64,000 nt of DNA from Phycisphaeraceae bacterium (GCA_963674705.1 OY771506.1:4960001-5024000), one strand, 5' to 3'. Positions 48,224-58,763 are shown, counted from the first letter of the stretch. The notes: a model not told the origin generated them from the sequence alone. Numbers and translations are program-made.

Positions 48224-49789
48224 TTATTCCCTGCTTTCCTGCTTTCCTGCGTCTCCTGCTTTCTTCCCCCCCATCCCCCAAACCAATCCCGCCAGGCTCG
48301 ACGGCAGTGCCTCCACCGTTACCTCCAAACCCACCTCGCGCATCGTCCTGCTCGTTACTGGGCCGATCGATGCCGTCTTCACGCCTTCAAGCAATCCTCG
48401 CTCATCACCCAGTAGCGACACCAGGTTCCGTGCCGTCGAACTACTGGTAAATGTCAGCCAGTCGATGCGTTTATCTTTAAGTGCCTGCAAAGCCTCATCC
48501 GGCAGTGCATCGACGATCGCGGTCCGGTACGCCGCCACTTCATGCACAACCGCGCCCGCCCCTTCAAGCAATTCCGTCAAATCCCCACCCGCGATATCTG
48601 CACGCATCAGCATGATGGATGCACCACTTAGGTCGAATTGTTCGATCAAACCCTGCCCAAGCGCCGAACCCATCGCACGTTTAGGCACGTAATCAGGCTT
48701 GATCGCCAACTGTGCTCGCAGCGCATCCGATGTCGATGTACCCACCGCCGCGATACGCACGCCCCCCAGGTGCCTGCTATCCAATCCCATCGCATACAAG
48801 CGGGTCCATAATGCCATCACCGCGTTCGGGCTGGTCAGAACCAGCCAATCGTGCTTGGCAATCTCTCGGATCGCGGTATCCACAGCCTTACTATCTTCCG
48901 GCGGCAAAAGCCGGATCGTCGGCGCTTCGATCACCTCTGCGCCTTGATCCTCCAATAACTGCGTCAACTCCGACGCCTGCTGTCGTGTCCGCGTCACCAT
49001 GACACGCTGACCAAACAACGGCCGATCCGTGAAGAAGTCCATCCCCTTGCTTTCCAGTCCCGCCACCTTGCCCACCACAATGATTGCAGGCGCCCCGATC
49101 GCTTCACGCTCTATCAATCCCACGATCGCGCCGAGCGTGCCCTTCACCGAATGCTGCGTGTTGAGCGTCCCCCACTGTACCGCGGCTGCAGGCGTCTCGG
49201 TTGATAAGCCATGACCGATCAGTGTCGCCACGATCTGCGGTAATCGCCCGACGCTCATGTAGAAACAGGCTGTCCCCCCCACTTTGATCAGACCTGCCAG
49301 TGCCGCGTAATCCACCGCCGAATCATCTTTGCCCGGATCTTCATGCCCGGTCACGAACGTCACGCTGCTTGCATGTTCACGGTGCGTCACGGGGATGCCA
49401 GCGTAGGTCGGCGCTGCGATCCCGCTGGTGATGCCGGGGATGACTTCGCAATCGATGCCGTGCTCGCCGAGGTACGCCGCTTCTTCTGCGCCACGTCCGA
49501 ATAAGTATGGATCGCCCCCCTTCAAACGAGCTACCTTCTTGCCCTGTTTAGCAAGTTCGACCAACCGTTCGTTGATCTCATCTTGCGATAGCGTGTAGCC
49601 CCCCGATTCGCCCGCTCCGCGCTTGCCCGCGTAGATAAGTTCTTTCCCCTCACGCAGATACTTAAGCAGTCTCGGGTTCGCCAGCGCGTCGTAGACCACG
49701 ACGTCCGCCTCCGCTAACCGCTGCATCCCCTTGACCGTGATCAGCCCCGGATCGCCCGGCCCGGCTCCGATAAGCGTCACACGTCCCAT
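48224..49789 (-). CDS. cobA: uroporphyrinogen-III C-methyltransferase / uroporphyrinogen-III synthase fusion (CobA-HemD)
   Basis: GAGPGDPGLIT, RLKGGDPYLFGRGAEE; HemD part has VTRTRQQA, FTSSST and SIGPVT. Confidence 0.93.
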   Translation of the reverse strand: MGRVTLIGAGPGDPGLITVKGMQRLAEADVVVYDALANPRLLKYLREGKELIYAGKRGAGESGGYTLSQDEINERLVELAKQGKKVARLKGGDPYLFGRGAEEAAYLGEHGIDCEVIPGITSGIAAPTYAGIPVTHREHASSVTFVTGHEDPGKDDSAVDYAALAGLIKVGGTACFYMSVGRLPQIVATLIGHGLSTETPAAAVQWGTLNTQHSVKGTLGAIVGLIEREAIGAPAIIVVGKVAGLESKGMDFFTDRPLFGQRVMVTRTRQQASELTQLLEDQGAEVIEAPTIRLLPPEDSKAVDTAIREIAKHDWLVLTSPNAVMALWTRLYAMGLDSRHLGGVRIAAVGTSTSDALRAQLAIKPDYVPKRAMGSALGQGLIEQFDLSGASIMLMRADIAGGDLTELLEGAGAVVHEVAAYRTAIVDALPDEALQALKDKRIDWLTFTSSSTARNLVSLLGDERGLLEGVKTASIGPVTSRTMREVGLEVTVEALPSSLAGLVWGMGGKKAGDAGKQESRE

Positions 49790-49910
49790 CAATTTTCCTT
49801 CGTCCAATGTCAAGATGAGTAAACCTTGTTGTTTATTCGGCCGATTTTATACGTGGCGGCGACGATCGCGTCTTGCACCGCCCCTGATTCGTAGCACACA
49901 GGAGCACACC

Positions 49911-50297
49911 ATGTCCAGCAACATCGAACCCCAGCACCTCAAGCTCGTCAAGCCACCCAACGGCCCAGCCGACGTGCTGTTCCTCGAACGTCGCGGCTGC
50001 GAACGCACCCCGATGATAGGCCAGGCCACCGCTATCATCACGGATAACACCGATCCTAAACAGCCCTCCAAGAAAATCTGCACCGTGCAGCTTGCCAATA
50101 TCTCCGAGTCAGGCCTCGGCGTCATCCTGCCCGAGCCCGTCGAAGTCGGCAACCACATGCAGATGACCGTCTTCATCCAGCCTCACGGCCCCGAAGCCGG
50201 CCGCGACCTCACCGGCCCGGTTATCCGTTGCGATAAACAGGAAATCGGCTACGAAGTCGGCATCCGCATCCCCTACCAGGCACGCGCTGCAAGCTGA
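49911..50297 (+). CDS. PilZ domain protein
   Basis: ERRGCER and NISESG motifs; AGGAG RBS. Confidence 0.8.
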   Translation: MSSNIEPQHLKLVKPPNGPADVLFLERRGCERTPMIGQATAIITDNTDPKQPSKKICTVQLANISESGLGVILPEPVEVGNHMQMTVFIQPHGPEAGRDLTGPVIRCDKQEIGYEVGIRIPYQARAAS

Positions 50298-50322
50298 TAC
50301 GCCATTACAAAATGACCCCCAC

Positions 50323-50353
50323 AAAACAGACGCCCACAAGCGTCTGTTTTTTT
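50323..50353 (+). terminator. intrinsic terminator
   Basis: aaaacagacgc-ccacaa-gcgtctgttttttt. Confidence 0.8.
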
Positions 50354-50380
50354 CTGCGCGCACTACCTACACCACACCAC

Positions 50381-50419
50381 CCCCAAAGCCCGGTCATAGC
50401 CAAAAAAAGGCTTTGGCCG
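50381..50419. repeat. inverted copy of the 9124-9160 repeat
   Basis: ccccaaagcccggtcatagcc-A7-ggctttggccg. Confidence 0.85.
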
Positions 50420-50531
50420 AGGTCGCAGCGGTCCCCGGGGTCCCACTCATCCCCCCCGCTGTAACTTTCTCACTACAATCACCGTAGCACTGCAGCCCGA
50501 GATAACGCCCGCCCCGATCAGGAGCATCACG

Positions 50532-51062
50532 ATGCGAAAGACCCACCTGCTCTTACTTGGACTATTGCTCGCCGCGCTCGCCACTGCAGGCTGCAAGTCG
50601 ATCGATGTCGCCACCTACAGCGAGCCGTACTTCAATCCCAAGCAGGTCAATACCTACGCATGGATGCCCAACGGCAGCGCCGCCTTCGGCGTTAGACCCA
50701 ATCGACTTACCTTTATCGAAACCACCATCAAGAACGCGGTCGACAAAAACCTCACCGGCCGCGGCTGGCAACCCGTTGAACCCGCCAAGGCAGATGTGCT
50801 GATTCGCTTCGTCATCGGCGCCGAAAGCAGCGTCGAAGTCGAACGCACCGGCACCACGAACTACGGCGGGCAACCCGTTGAAGTCCCCATCGAGGTCAAA
50901 AAACTACGCTCGGGGAAACTCGCCATCGACATCATCGACAACCAGCAACAACTCATCGTCTGGCGCGGCGTCGCCGGCAAGACCATCCAAGGCGACCCCG
51001 ACCAAAACAAAGTCAAAACCTCTCTCGAAAATGCTGTCAACCTGGTGCTCAAGATGCTGTAA
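50532..51062 (+). CDS. DUF4136-like lipoprotein
   Basis: TAGC lipobox; TYAW..AV...L..RG..AD..G.L.IDIID...VWRG pattern. Confidence 0.82.
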   Translation: MRKTHLLLLGLLLAALATAGCKSIDVATYSEPYFNPKQVNTYAWMPNGSAAFGVRPNRLTFIETTIKNAVDKNLTGRGWQPVEPAKADVLIRFVIGAESSVEVERTGTTNYGGQPVEVPIEVKKLRSGKLAIDIIDNQQQLIVWRGVAGKTIQGDPDQNKVKTSLENAVNLVLKML

Positions 51063-51384
51063 TGGTTCCACATCGCTGTACTTCATCACCTCTACAACAG
51101 AATTGAAAACGTTCATCGTTTTCATTTCCCAATCCTCCTCACACGCCTGCACCCGCTTACCTATTCTTCCTCGATCCACACATATAGCCCAGCGTTTGAG
51201 GTCGTTGTCATTTAAAAAAACAAATTCCGGCTTGTTGGATGTAACAATTGAGCAAACAACACGTATATTAGGTTACGGGGGGCAAATCCCCCTGTTTTCG
51301 GGAACTTGGAAGCCACACCGATCATCGCAACAGGTGACTTTCGGAAAACGTTCGATGCTCAACTTCTCTTATCGCGGGATGACG

Positions 51385-53868
51385 ATGTATTACGACCAGG
51401 ATCGATCTGATGACAGCGGCGGTGTGCGACGTTTTCTAACCCATCACGCGGCCGCCTTCGCCTGCATGTCGTGCTTCATTTTTAGCTCAACCACACAAGC
51501 CGTTGACTTCAGCAACGTCCCCGGCACGGTCATTTCCTATCAAGAAGCACCCGACCTGCTGGACCGTATCCTCGATAACGAAGTCTATCCCGCTTCCCCC
51601 TCCATCACCGTCATGCCTGACGGTTCATACATCGCCAGCCACGACCTGTTCTACGAAACCGGTGACTCGCGAAACCACTACACCTGGATTTATCGATCCG
51701 CCGATCAGGGACAAACCTGGACTAAACAAACCGAGATCGACGGCGCTTTCTGGTCCACCGTTTTTCAAATCAACGGCGAACTCTATCTCTGGGGATACCG
51801 CGACGGCACCAGCGACCCGACCGGCGACATCCTTATCCGCAAATCCACCGATTACGGCCTGAGCTGGACCGACCCCATCGATGCCGCTTCGGGCCTGCTC
51901 AAAGACGGAGACTACGGCGGCACACCAAACACACCCGTTATCTATAACGGACGTATCTGGATCGCGCAAAGCGGTAAACGCGTCATGTCCGCCTCCGTTA
52001 ACGCCGACCTGTTGCTGGCAAGTTCATGGACACTTTCCGGCTCGGCTAACACCGGCAACAGCCCGCTGGGTGACGACCTGGTTATCACCGAATCGCAGAT
52101 CGTCGCTTCTCCGCTGACCGGCGTCGTCCTGCTGCCAAAGATCGGTGAGCATCCCAACACCGTATTATTAAAAGTCAACTCTCCGACATCTATCCAATCC
52201 CCCGGCGAGGATGACTGGGTCAGCCTGCCCGGCGGAGAAAAAAAGTTCGCCACACAATACGACGAGGTCTCAGGTAAGTTCTACATCCTCGATAACGTCG
52301 TCCTGCCCGAACATGCGGGCGTCACCACCGCCGCCCTGACACGCACAACCGGCGCACTGCTGTCCTCCACCGACCTCGTCAACTGGGACGTCGAAAAGAT
52401 ATTCCTCTTTACCTCCAACATCGACAACGGCATATGGGGCGAAGCCTTCCAGTACTTCCAGTTCGCGGTCGATGATGTCGACCAGGACGGCGTTGCCGAC
52501 GACCTCGCCGTGGTCTCCCGCACCGCTTTTGCCGTCAGCGGTGAGACAAAACCGCCGCGCGGCCACGACTCCAACATGATCACCTTCCACACAATCGAAG
52601 ACTTCCGAACCACGCAGGCGGACTTCTACCTCAGCATCAGCGACGGCACGGTCAAACGCTACGAATACACGCAGAACGAAGATGCACCACTCGGTGAGTT
52701 TGCCATAGGCAGCAGCTTCGACGGCTCGGACCTGACCAATCCCAACGCGCTGGCCGCAGACAACAACATGGGCAACGTGTACATACGTGAAACCAGCGGC
52801 CGCATCCTTAAGTTCGATCTGGCGGGCAACTTCCTGGAAACAGTCTCCGCCTTGCCTTCGCACTTAAGCTGGGCCATCAGCACGGACATCGACGCACCGG
52901 GCCGTGAAAACCGTGCATGGACCAACGAATCGACGCGCGGCAATTGGTCCGATCCGCTGAGCTGGTTCTACTGGGGTCGAGCCGACACCTTCAAGGAGAT
53001 CGCCCGCTTCGGCTCCGCCAACGCCACCACCGCCTACGCCGACATCAACGCCGGTGAAACCTTCACCGCCAAAGGCCTGCACTTTGACAGCCCCAACCGC
53101 TACATCATCGACGGCGACGGCAACCTCATCCTCAATGCCGGCTCAAGCAACGCGTCCATCACCATCCTGCAAGGCAGTCACTGGCTGCGTGTCAACACCA
53201 CACTTGCATCAGATGTCGATCTGTACGTCGCCGACGGCCAACGCTTCGAATTCCGCGATGACCTCGACCTCAACGGCAACACGCTCTACATCACTGGCCA
53301 GGGCACGGTCGACTTCGACCAGGCTCTGACCATGGACGGCGGCGACATCTGCCTTGATGGTCTTGCCACCCTTATCTTCTCCTCACCCACCACGGGCCAA
53401 CTCACGCTCAATGGTAATCTCATCTTCGATCCGGACGACAGCTTCGAACTGATCGCCGGCGCAACTTTCAACCTTGTCGAGGGCGTCGCCTACCTCAATG
53501 GTGAAACCTTCAATCACCTGATCCTGCCCTCGCTCGACATGAACCTCGCGTGGGACACCTCGACGTTCTACACCGACGGCATCATCACAATCGTCGCCAT
53601 TCTACGGGGCGATCTCAACGACGATGGCTTCGTCGGCCTCGACGACCTCGACATCGTCCTGTCTAACTGGAACCAATACTGCACCCCGGGCGACCTGGCG
53701 AAAGGCGACCTCTCAGGCAACGGCTACATAAGCCTGGCCGATCTGGATATCGTGCTCAATAACTGGAACAACAGCTTACCCCCCACCCAAAGCAGCAACA
53801 TCCCGGAGCCCGGCACACTACTCGGCCTCCTGAGTTTGGGCGCAACGACATTGATACGTCGACCTTAA
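51385..53868 (+). CDS. Asp-box (sialidase-like) beta-propeller protein with dockerin-like domain and PEP-CTERM
   Basis: RSADQGQTW, KSTDYGLSW and SSTDLVNW boxes; beta-helix-like region; GDLNDDGFVGLDDLDIVL; IPEPGTL..RRP. Start uncertain. Confidence 0.82.
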   Translation: MYYDQDRSDDSGGVRRFLTHHAAAFACMSCFIFSSTTQAVDFSNVPGTVISYQEAPDLLDRILDNEVYPASPSITVMPDGSYIASHDLFYETGDSRNHYTWIYRSADQGQTWTKQTEIDGAFWSTVFQINGELYLWGYRDGTSDPTGDILIRKSTDYGLSWTDPIDAASGLLKDGDYGGTPNTPVIYNGRIWIAQSGKRVMSASVNADLLLASSWTLSGSANTGNSPLGDDLVITESQIVASPLTGVVLLPKIGEHPNTVLLKVNSPTSIQSPGEDDWVSLPGGEKKFATQYDEVSGKFYILDNVVLPEHAGVTTAALTRTTGALLSSTDLVNWDVEKIFLFTSNIDNGIWGEAFQYFQFAVDDVDQDGVADDLAVVSRTAFAVSGETKPPRGHDSNMITFHTIEDFRTTQADFYLSISDGTVKRYEYTQNEDAPLGEFAIGSSFDGSDLTNPNALAADNNMGNVYIRETSGRILKFDLAGNFLETVSALPSHLSWAISTDIDAPGRENRAWTNESTRGNWSDPLSWFYWGRADTFKEIARFGSANATTAYADINAGETFTAKGLHFDSPNRYIIDGDGNLILNAGSSNASITILQGSHWLRVNTTLASDVDLYVADGQRFEFRDDLDLNGNTLYITGQGTVDFDQALTMDGGDICLDGLATLIFSSPTTGQLTLNGNLIFDPDDSFELIAGATFNLVEGVAYLNGETFNHLILPSLDMNLAWDTSTFYTDGIITIVAILRGDLNDDGFVGLDDLDIVLSNWNQYCTPGDLAKGDLSGNGYISLADLDIVLNNWNNSLPPTQSSNIPEPGTLLGLLSLGATTLIRRP

Positions 53869-54211
53869 AGCTGTCATAGCCGCCGAACAGGCAGGTCAGA
53901 CACACTTCACAGAAGCCAAAACTTTGGCCCTGCAAACATCGATGCAAGCACCTGATCCATAACCAGTTTGTTTACTAACTTCGCGTCAGCAGCGTCTGCG
54001 CCCCATGACGCAGGTCGCGGTCAACACGTCCTGCGACGCCGGCGGGTCCGACACGGCCGAAGATCGAAACGGGATAGATTCGATGGTAGCTTCATACCTG
54101 GTGGCGTACTCCTCTGTGTTAGGGGACTGGGCGTGTTTGATACACCCAAAGTACGCCGCCTTTTTCATTGCGTCATCCACAACATTCGGTTATAGCTCTG
54201 CGTAGCTAGGC

Positions 54212-54340
54212 TTGAGCCAAAGCACGTTGTACTACAAGTCGGTCGGCGAGGACGTGTTCAACGAGCGTCTGATGTGTCTGGTCGACGCGCAGTACCTGCG
54301 GACACCGTTCTATGGCGTCGAGCAGATGCGGCATTACCTT
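54212..54340 (+). pseudogene. IS3-family OrfB fragment
   Basis: STLYY..LMCLVDAQYLRTPFYGVEQM resembles SSFYF..LMRLIDRQFLCTPFYGSRQM of the intact IS3. Confidence 0.75.
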
Positions 54341-54354
54341 GTTGCATGTGTCAT

Positions 54355-54951
54355 CTATGACAAATGTTTTCTTCGGATAGCCATGACTCCGACCAGCGCA
54401 GGGCCCAGAAGTAATGCCGAACCAGGTTCGGGGACAACGCTGATGGAATCGACATGCAGATTATATCGGACAAAGGCATAGGGCTGGCCTGCATACCGTC
54501 CATTTGGGTAAAGAAGACCGCCGTTGCCATAAAAGTATTGCCCTACATAAAAATATTGCCCGGCAGGTAAAGCTTCACCACTGGTCCACCAGTCATTGTA
54601 TTGATAGGCATAGGAGCCTGAACGAACGCTGGTCTGGTTATTGTAGGTGTCCCGTCGTCCATAAAAAACGGTCTCCGTACCGCCAGGGAGCACCCAAAGG
54701 CCACCAATTTGCTCGGCATAGAAGTAGTCGTAATACTGCGTGTCCTGCTTGATGTTGCCATTCTCGATGCCGTCGGCATCAAAGTCGAAAAGGTAGGTGA
54801 AGGACACAGGATCACCTACCGCGATGGGGGGCGTATAATTACCATCGATTCTTGTCACTTCTCCGGAAAATACAACTTGAATCGGGGCGGCCTGAACGGC
54901 CTGAGCAAACCAGAAAACTACCGAAATACCCAGTAAAAACAATCTTCTCAT
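54355..54951 (-). CDS. PEP-CTERM protein (Tyr/Gly-rich)
   Basis: Signal peptide VQA-A; VPEPGSALLL..IRRK; GAGGAGG RBS. Confidence 0.85.
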   Translation of the reverse strand: MRRLFLLGISVVFWFAQAVQAAPIQVVFSGEVTRIDGNYTPPIAVGDPVSFTYLFDFDADGIENGNIKQDTQYYDYFYAEQIGGLWVLPGGTETVFYGRRDTYNNQTSVRSGSYAYQYNDWWTSGEALPAGQYFYVGQYFYGNGGLLYPNGRYAGQPYAFVRYNLHVDSISVVPEPGSALLLGPALVGVMAIRRKHLS

Positions 54952-55050
54952 GATCTTCCTCCTCTCGACTTTTTGCTAAAGGCAGAGTCCGCCAGTTTGA
55001 TAGCAGTGTAACGCCCCTCTCCATGATTTCAAGACAATTAAGCCTTTATA

Positions 55051-56428
55051 CGATATTTCCCATTTGACCTTTACCCGACTACGCCGCCGGGCTCCTTGGC
55101 ACCGGTGTAACACCTCCTCCCAAAATTCCGAGACCATTTACCCCGATTTTCACCGCATCGGCCCCTGAATCTGCCCCTGAACCACCGTTCTGACTGCCCG
55201 GGTAGCCATGAATGACGAGGTTCACCCGGACTGACATTGATGCTCCCTCGTCGTTCGCAGGTCTGTCTCTCCTTCCGACCGGTCATTTCGGCGCTGCCCT
55301 CGGCGCGATCACTGCAAACCGGCGTATCCGCTGGAGAATCGTCCGGCAAAGCAGTCGCGGGATCGCGACCTCAGCCAGTTGGAACGTGACGTACCGGGCG
55401 TGGCGTACCATCTTGCCGCCGATCTTGATCAGCCTGTCACGCAGCGTGGTCAGCGTCCAGTGCTTCACGCTTGCTGGCAGCGCGATCCTGCGAAGGAAGT
55501 TACCCAGGTTGTACGCAAGCACGTGCAGTTGAAGGCGCACCTGGTTGGCGTCGAAGCCGCAACATGACAGACGGGTCCAGTTCACGGCGTACTTGCCCTC
55601 CTTGATCCACTGCTCGGTTGTGCCGCGCTGGTTGTTGAAGTTCACCACGTTCAACGCGCTGATGTCGAGGTTGGTCACGATGAAGCCGACACGCGGAAAC
55701 AGTTCACCCAGGTGCCATTCGATCTTTGCAACTACCCGGCGGGGAGTGTCCCAACTCTGTGCCTGATATTCAAAGCTGAGATAGAACCGCTGAGGTTCGC
55801 TTGGCGGTCGGCCTACCGGGCGTGTCAGCAGGTGCTTGATCTGTCGCTACCGAGCTGTCCATGTCGAGGATGAGTTTGTGGGGTGGGCGGCGCTGCTGGA
55901 CCAGGTCCACCCACACGCCCGGCATGCTCATCAGCGCCGCGAGGTTCTTCGGATACGTCAGCACGTCGGTCTCGAAGCGGCTTACCTGGCTGGTGGAAGC
56001 CGCTTGTCGATCCGTCGCCCGTCCGCCGACCACGTGGCGCATGACCGGATCAACACTCAACCGCTGGGAGTCGTTGACATCCTCGTACCCTGCAAGCCGG
56101 CTGTAGATCGACTGACGCAGCAGCGCCGTCATGCTGTGTTGGATGTCGGTTCCCGTGCGGAAGTCGAACAGATGCGAGGCTCCCGACTCAGTCAAACCCA
56201 CCGCTTCATCAAGGTCGCGATACGGGAACAAACCCGCGTCCGAACTGACCTTCACCCGTGGAACCGAAGCTTGATGGTGCGGTCAAAACCGACCCGTAAC
56301 GCGTCCGTGGGTGCTTCACCCATGGGGTTGTGCCCTTATTCGAGGGTGGGAGGTCCGAAACGACCGCATTTTACCGGGTCAACAGGCAGGCCGCTATAAA
56401 GAAACGCGGGGGCTATCGGGGAAATCCG
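55051..56428 (-). mobile_element. decayed IS1380-family element
   Basis: LRVGFD..KL.FHG/VSSDAGL, LLRQSIYSRLAGYEDVND, ILDMDS, NQRG..EQWIKEGK and LAYNL motifs. Frameshift near 56255 and internal deletion near 55845. Approximate ends cgatatttccc / ggggaaatccg. Confidence 0.85.
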
Positions 56429-56574
56429 CGCATAACCGGGGATAACGAAAACCTCCGATACGGGATCAATTGGTCTTGTAATTCCCGCCGCTCGTTTTAA
56501 ACTGAATTAAGCACTTCTGCGTCAGCATTACAGGGAGTTTGACTTCAAATAACAATGGAGGAAGGAGAAACGCA

Positions 56575-57354
56575 ATGAACAAGTGCCTGCTTGTCTCGTT
56601 GACCATGCTCGGAACGTTGTACCTAGGTAGTACTACGGCGGCGAAAGGCGACACACAGTACTACTTCTTTGATTCGTTCTTCGATGTCTTCACCGAACTG
56701 TCCGTCTCACCGGATAGTGACCCCATGGGCGTCCGCGTCAGCGGCCAAACGGTCGACACCGGCCAGTTCGTCCCCATGGCTGACCTCAACATGCAACTTC
56801 GCAATCCTTCATTCACACCCGCCCTGGACAACCTGACGCTGCAAGCCCAGCAAGTCTCCGGCGATGTCTTTGAAGTCCGCCTGTCCGAAGCGCCCGACTA
56901 CATCATCGACAGCTTCTTCGACGTCTTCTTCGACATCGAAATCCCAAATGACAATGGCATCGTCCTCGAGCCCAACGGCGGCATACCCCAACTCGTCGAT
57001 AAACCGGTTGTGGTTGGTATCCCCGACAGCTTCTTCGATGTGTTCTTCAAACTCGAAGTACCCGACACTTCGCCGGGCCAGAATCTCATCTCATTCAAAC
57101 TGCACCTGTCCGCGATCGCGCCCGATGTCATCCTCAACGACGTCTGGGTCGATGACAACTACGGCACAGGCATCGATAGCTTTTTCGATGTGTTCTTCGA
57201 TATCCAGATCCCCGCCGATTCGCCCGGCTTCGATCCCAGCCAACCAATCCTCATCATGGAAATGACCGGCATATTCACCCCCGAGCCCGCATCAATCGCC
57301 CTGCTGGCCGGCCTGAGCCTCACACTATTACGCCGCCAAACCCGGCATAACTGA
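56575..57354 (+). CDS. PEP-CTERM protein with four DSFFDVF repeats
   Basis: Signal peptide, AAGGAG RBS, TPEPASIALL..RRQ tail. Confidence 0.85.
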   Translation: MNKCLLVSLTMLGTLYLGSTTAAKGDTQYYFFDSFFDVFTELSVSPDSDPMGVRVSGQTVDTGQFVPMADLNMQLRNPSFTPALDNLTLQAQQVSGDVFEVRLSEAPDYIIDSFFDVFFDIEIPNDNGIVLEPNGGIPQLVDKPVVVGIPDSFFDVFFKLEVPDTSPGQNLISFKLHLSAIAPDVILNDVWVDDNYGTGIDSFFDVFFDIQIPADSPGFDPSQPILIMEMTGIFTPEPASIALLAGLSLTLLRRQTRHN

Positions 57355-57382
57355 AACCCGTTTCTGATCCCCCACCAACCAT

Positions 57383-57410
57383 AAAGCCTGGTCCCATGAC
57401 CGGGCTTTTT
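57383..57410. terminator. intrinsic terminator between convergent genes
   Basis: aaagcctggtc-ccat-gaccgggcttttt. Confidence 0.7.
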
Positions 57411-57441
57411 CAATTGCAATCAATAACAATACCACCGAAAG

Positions 57442-58278
57442 TCAAACCCGACGACGAATAAACACGCCGGCTCCAACAAGCACTACGCCCACGCTCGCAG
57501 GTTCAGGCAACACCACCGCCGGCGGCGTCCCCGCATTCCAGTTATTCAATACCACATCAAGATCATCAAGCCCCACATAACCATCCGGCTCGCCACCCGC
57601 CCCCGAAACATCCGCCCGCGCATCGCCCGGCGGAACGTTCTGATTCCACGCATTCAACACGATGTCCAGATCATCCAACCCGACAAAACCATCGCCATTC
57701 AAATCACCATCAAGCGGCACTTGTCCATCCGAAATCACCATCAACGGCAGATAACGGCTTGCCCCATAAGCAGGCAGTTGCGATACATCGCCGCGTATCT
57801 GATCGGCCCCGAACAAGACATCGTTCGCATTGTAAAAAACATCATCACTGCCGGGGATCCATTCGCCCTCATCCATCACACCGATCCCATCACCCAACAC
57901 ATCCTGCACGATAAACACATCGTCCGCCTTCAGGTCTTCATCAAGGTTCATCTCGTATGCATACAGCCCCCACATAAAACCTTCATAGCCGCCATACACA
58001 TTCAAAAAGTTCTGCGCATAGCCAATGATGTGCGTTTCACCCTCCCGGTAATCCACGAATCCGATGTGCCAACTGCTCCCATCAAGCCCGACAGATTCGA
58101 TAGCTCCCCCATGATTGATCATCAGCCTTTGGTCGTACCGCGACTTAACCGTCTTCACCCCCGCCGGCTCCCCCCACATGTCCCTGAAACTGTAAACCGG
58201 TATCGGCTCCGCATAAGCACTTGAAACGAATAACCCCCCACCCACGACCACGCACCCGGCAATCGTCCTGGCTGTCAT
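57442..58278 (-). CDS. PEP-CTERM protein with dockerin-like domain
   Basis: Signal peptide AYA-E; GDLNGDGFVGLDDLDIVLNAWN..DGYVGLDDLDVVLNNWN; LPEPASV..RRRV. Confidence 0.85.
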   Translation of the reverse strand: MTARTIAGCVVVGGGLFVSSAYAEPIPVYSFRDMWGEPAGVKTVKSRYDQRLMINHGGAIESVGLDGSSWHIGFVDYREGETHIIGYAQNFLNVYGGYEGFMWGLYAYEMNLDEDLKADDVFIVQDVLGDGIGVMDEGEWIPGSDDVFYNANDVLFGADQIRGDVSQLPAYGASRYLPLMVISDGQVPLDGDLNGDGFVGLDDLDIVLNAWNQNVPPGDARADVSGAGGEPDGYVGLDDLDVVLNNWNAGTPPAVVLPEPASVGVVLVGAGVFIRRRV

Positions 58279-58403
58279 CTTTTTTGCCCTTTATTGAAGA
58301 AAGGTCCGCCGCAAAAGACTTACAAGAATTAATATAACTTCCGCGCAGGCTTCCGCAAGGGTTATTTCACCCAAACACCCTGCAGACGCCAAGCTTGGTC
58401 ATC

Positions 58404-58519
58404 GTGATACAACAGCGCCCCCCTCCCCACGGGTGAGGGCCGGATTGATCACGTATCCGATACAAACCCCTATCGAAATCAACACAATAATAATCCCGAC
58501 CAGGATGGTCGGGCTATAT
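58404..58519. repeat. composite intergenic element, partial copy A
   Basis: gtgatacaacagcgc..gggtgagggccggattgat..atcccgaccaggatggtcgggctatat, shared with copies B and C. Confidence 0.8.
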
Positions 58520-58763
58520 AGCCAAACCATCACAATGTACATTGACATACAAGCCAATGTGTGACACCCAACCCGACAGAAAAATATAAATTACCCCCAG
58601 CATCCCGCTTTATGACATGAATCTGATTATCATCAACTTTGAACGAATAGCGCCCCCGAAATACCCAACCTTCCTTTTGATTCTATTCAGTACTTACCTT
58701 TAAACTTCTTTTCGGTGTTTCTCCCCTCGCGAAGCTGTTCCCTCACTTTTTTTGTTTTAACAA

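Noticed and set aside
56671..57204. Four similar ~21-30-nt DNA repeats as a CRISPR or DGR template/variable pair
   Set aside because: Spacing is irregular, the differences are mostly synonymous within an ORF, and no reverse transcriptase is present.
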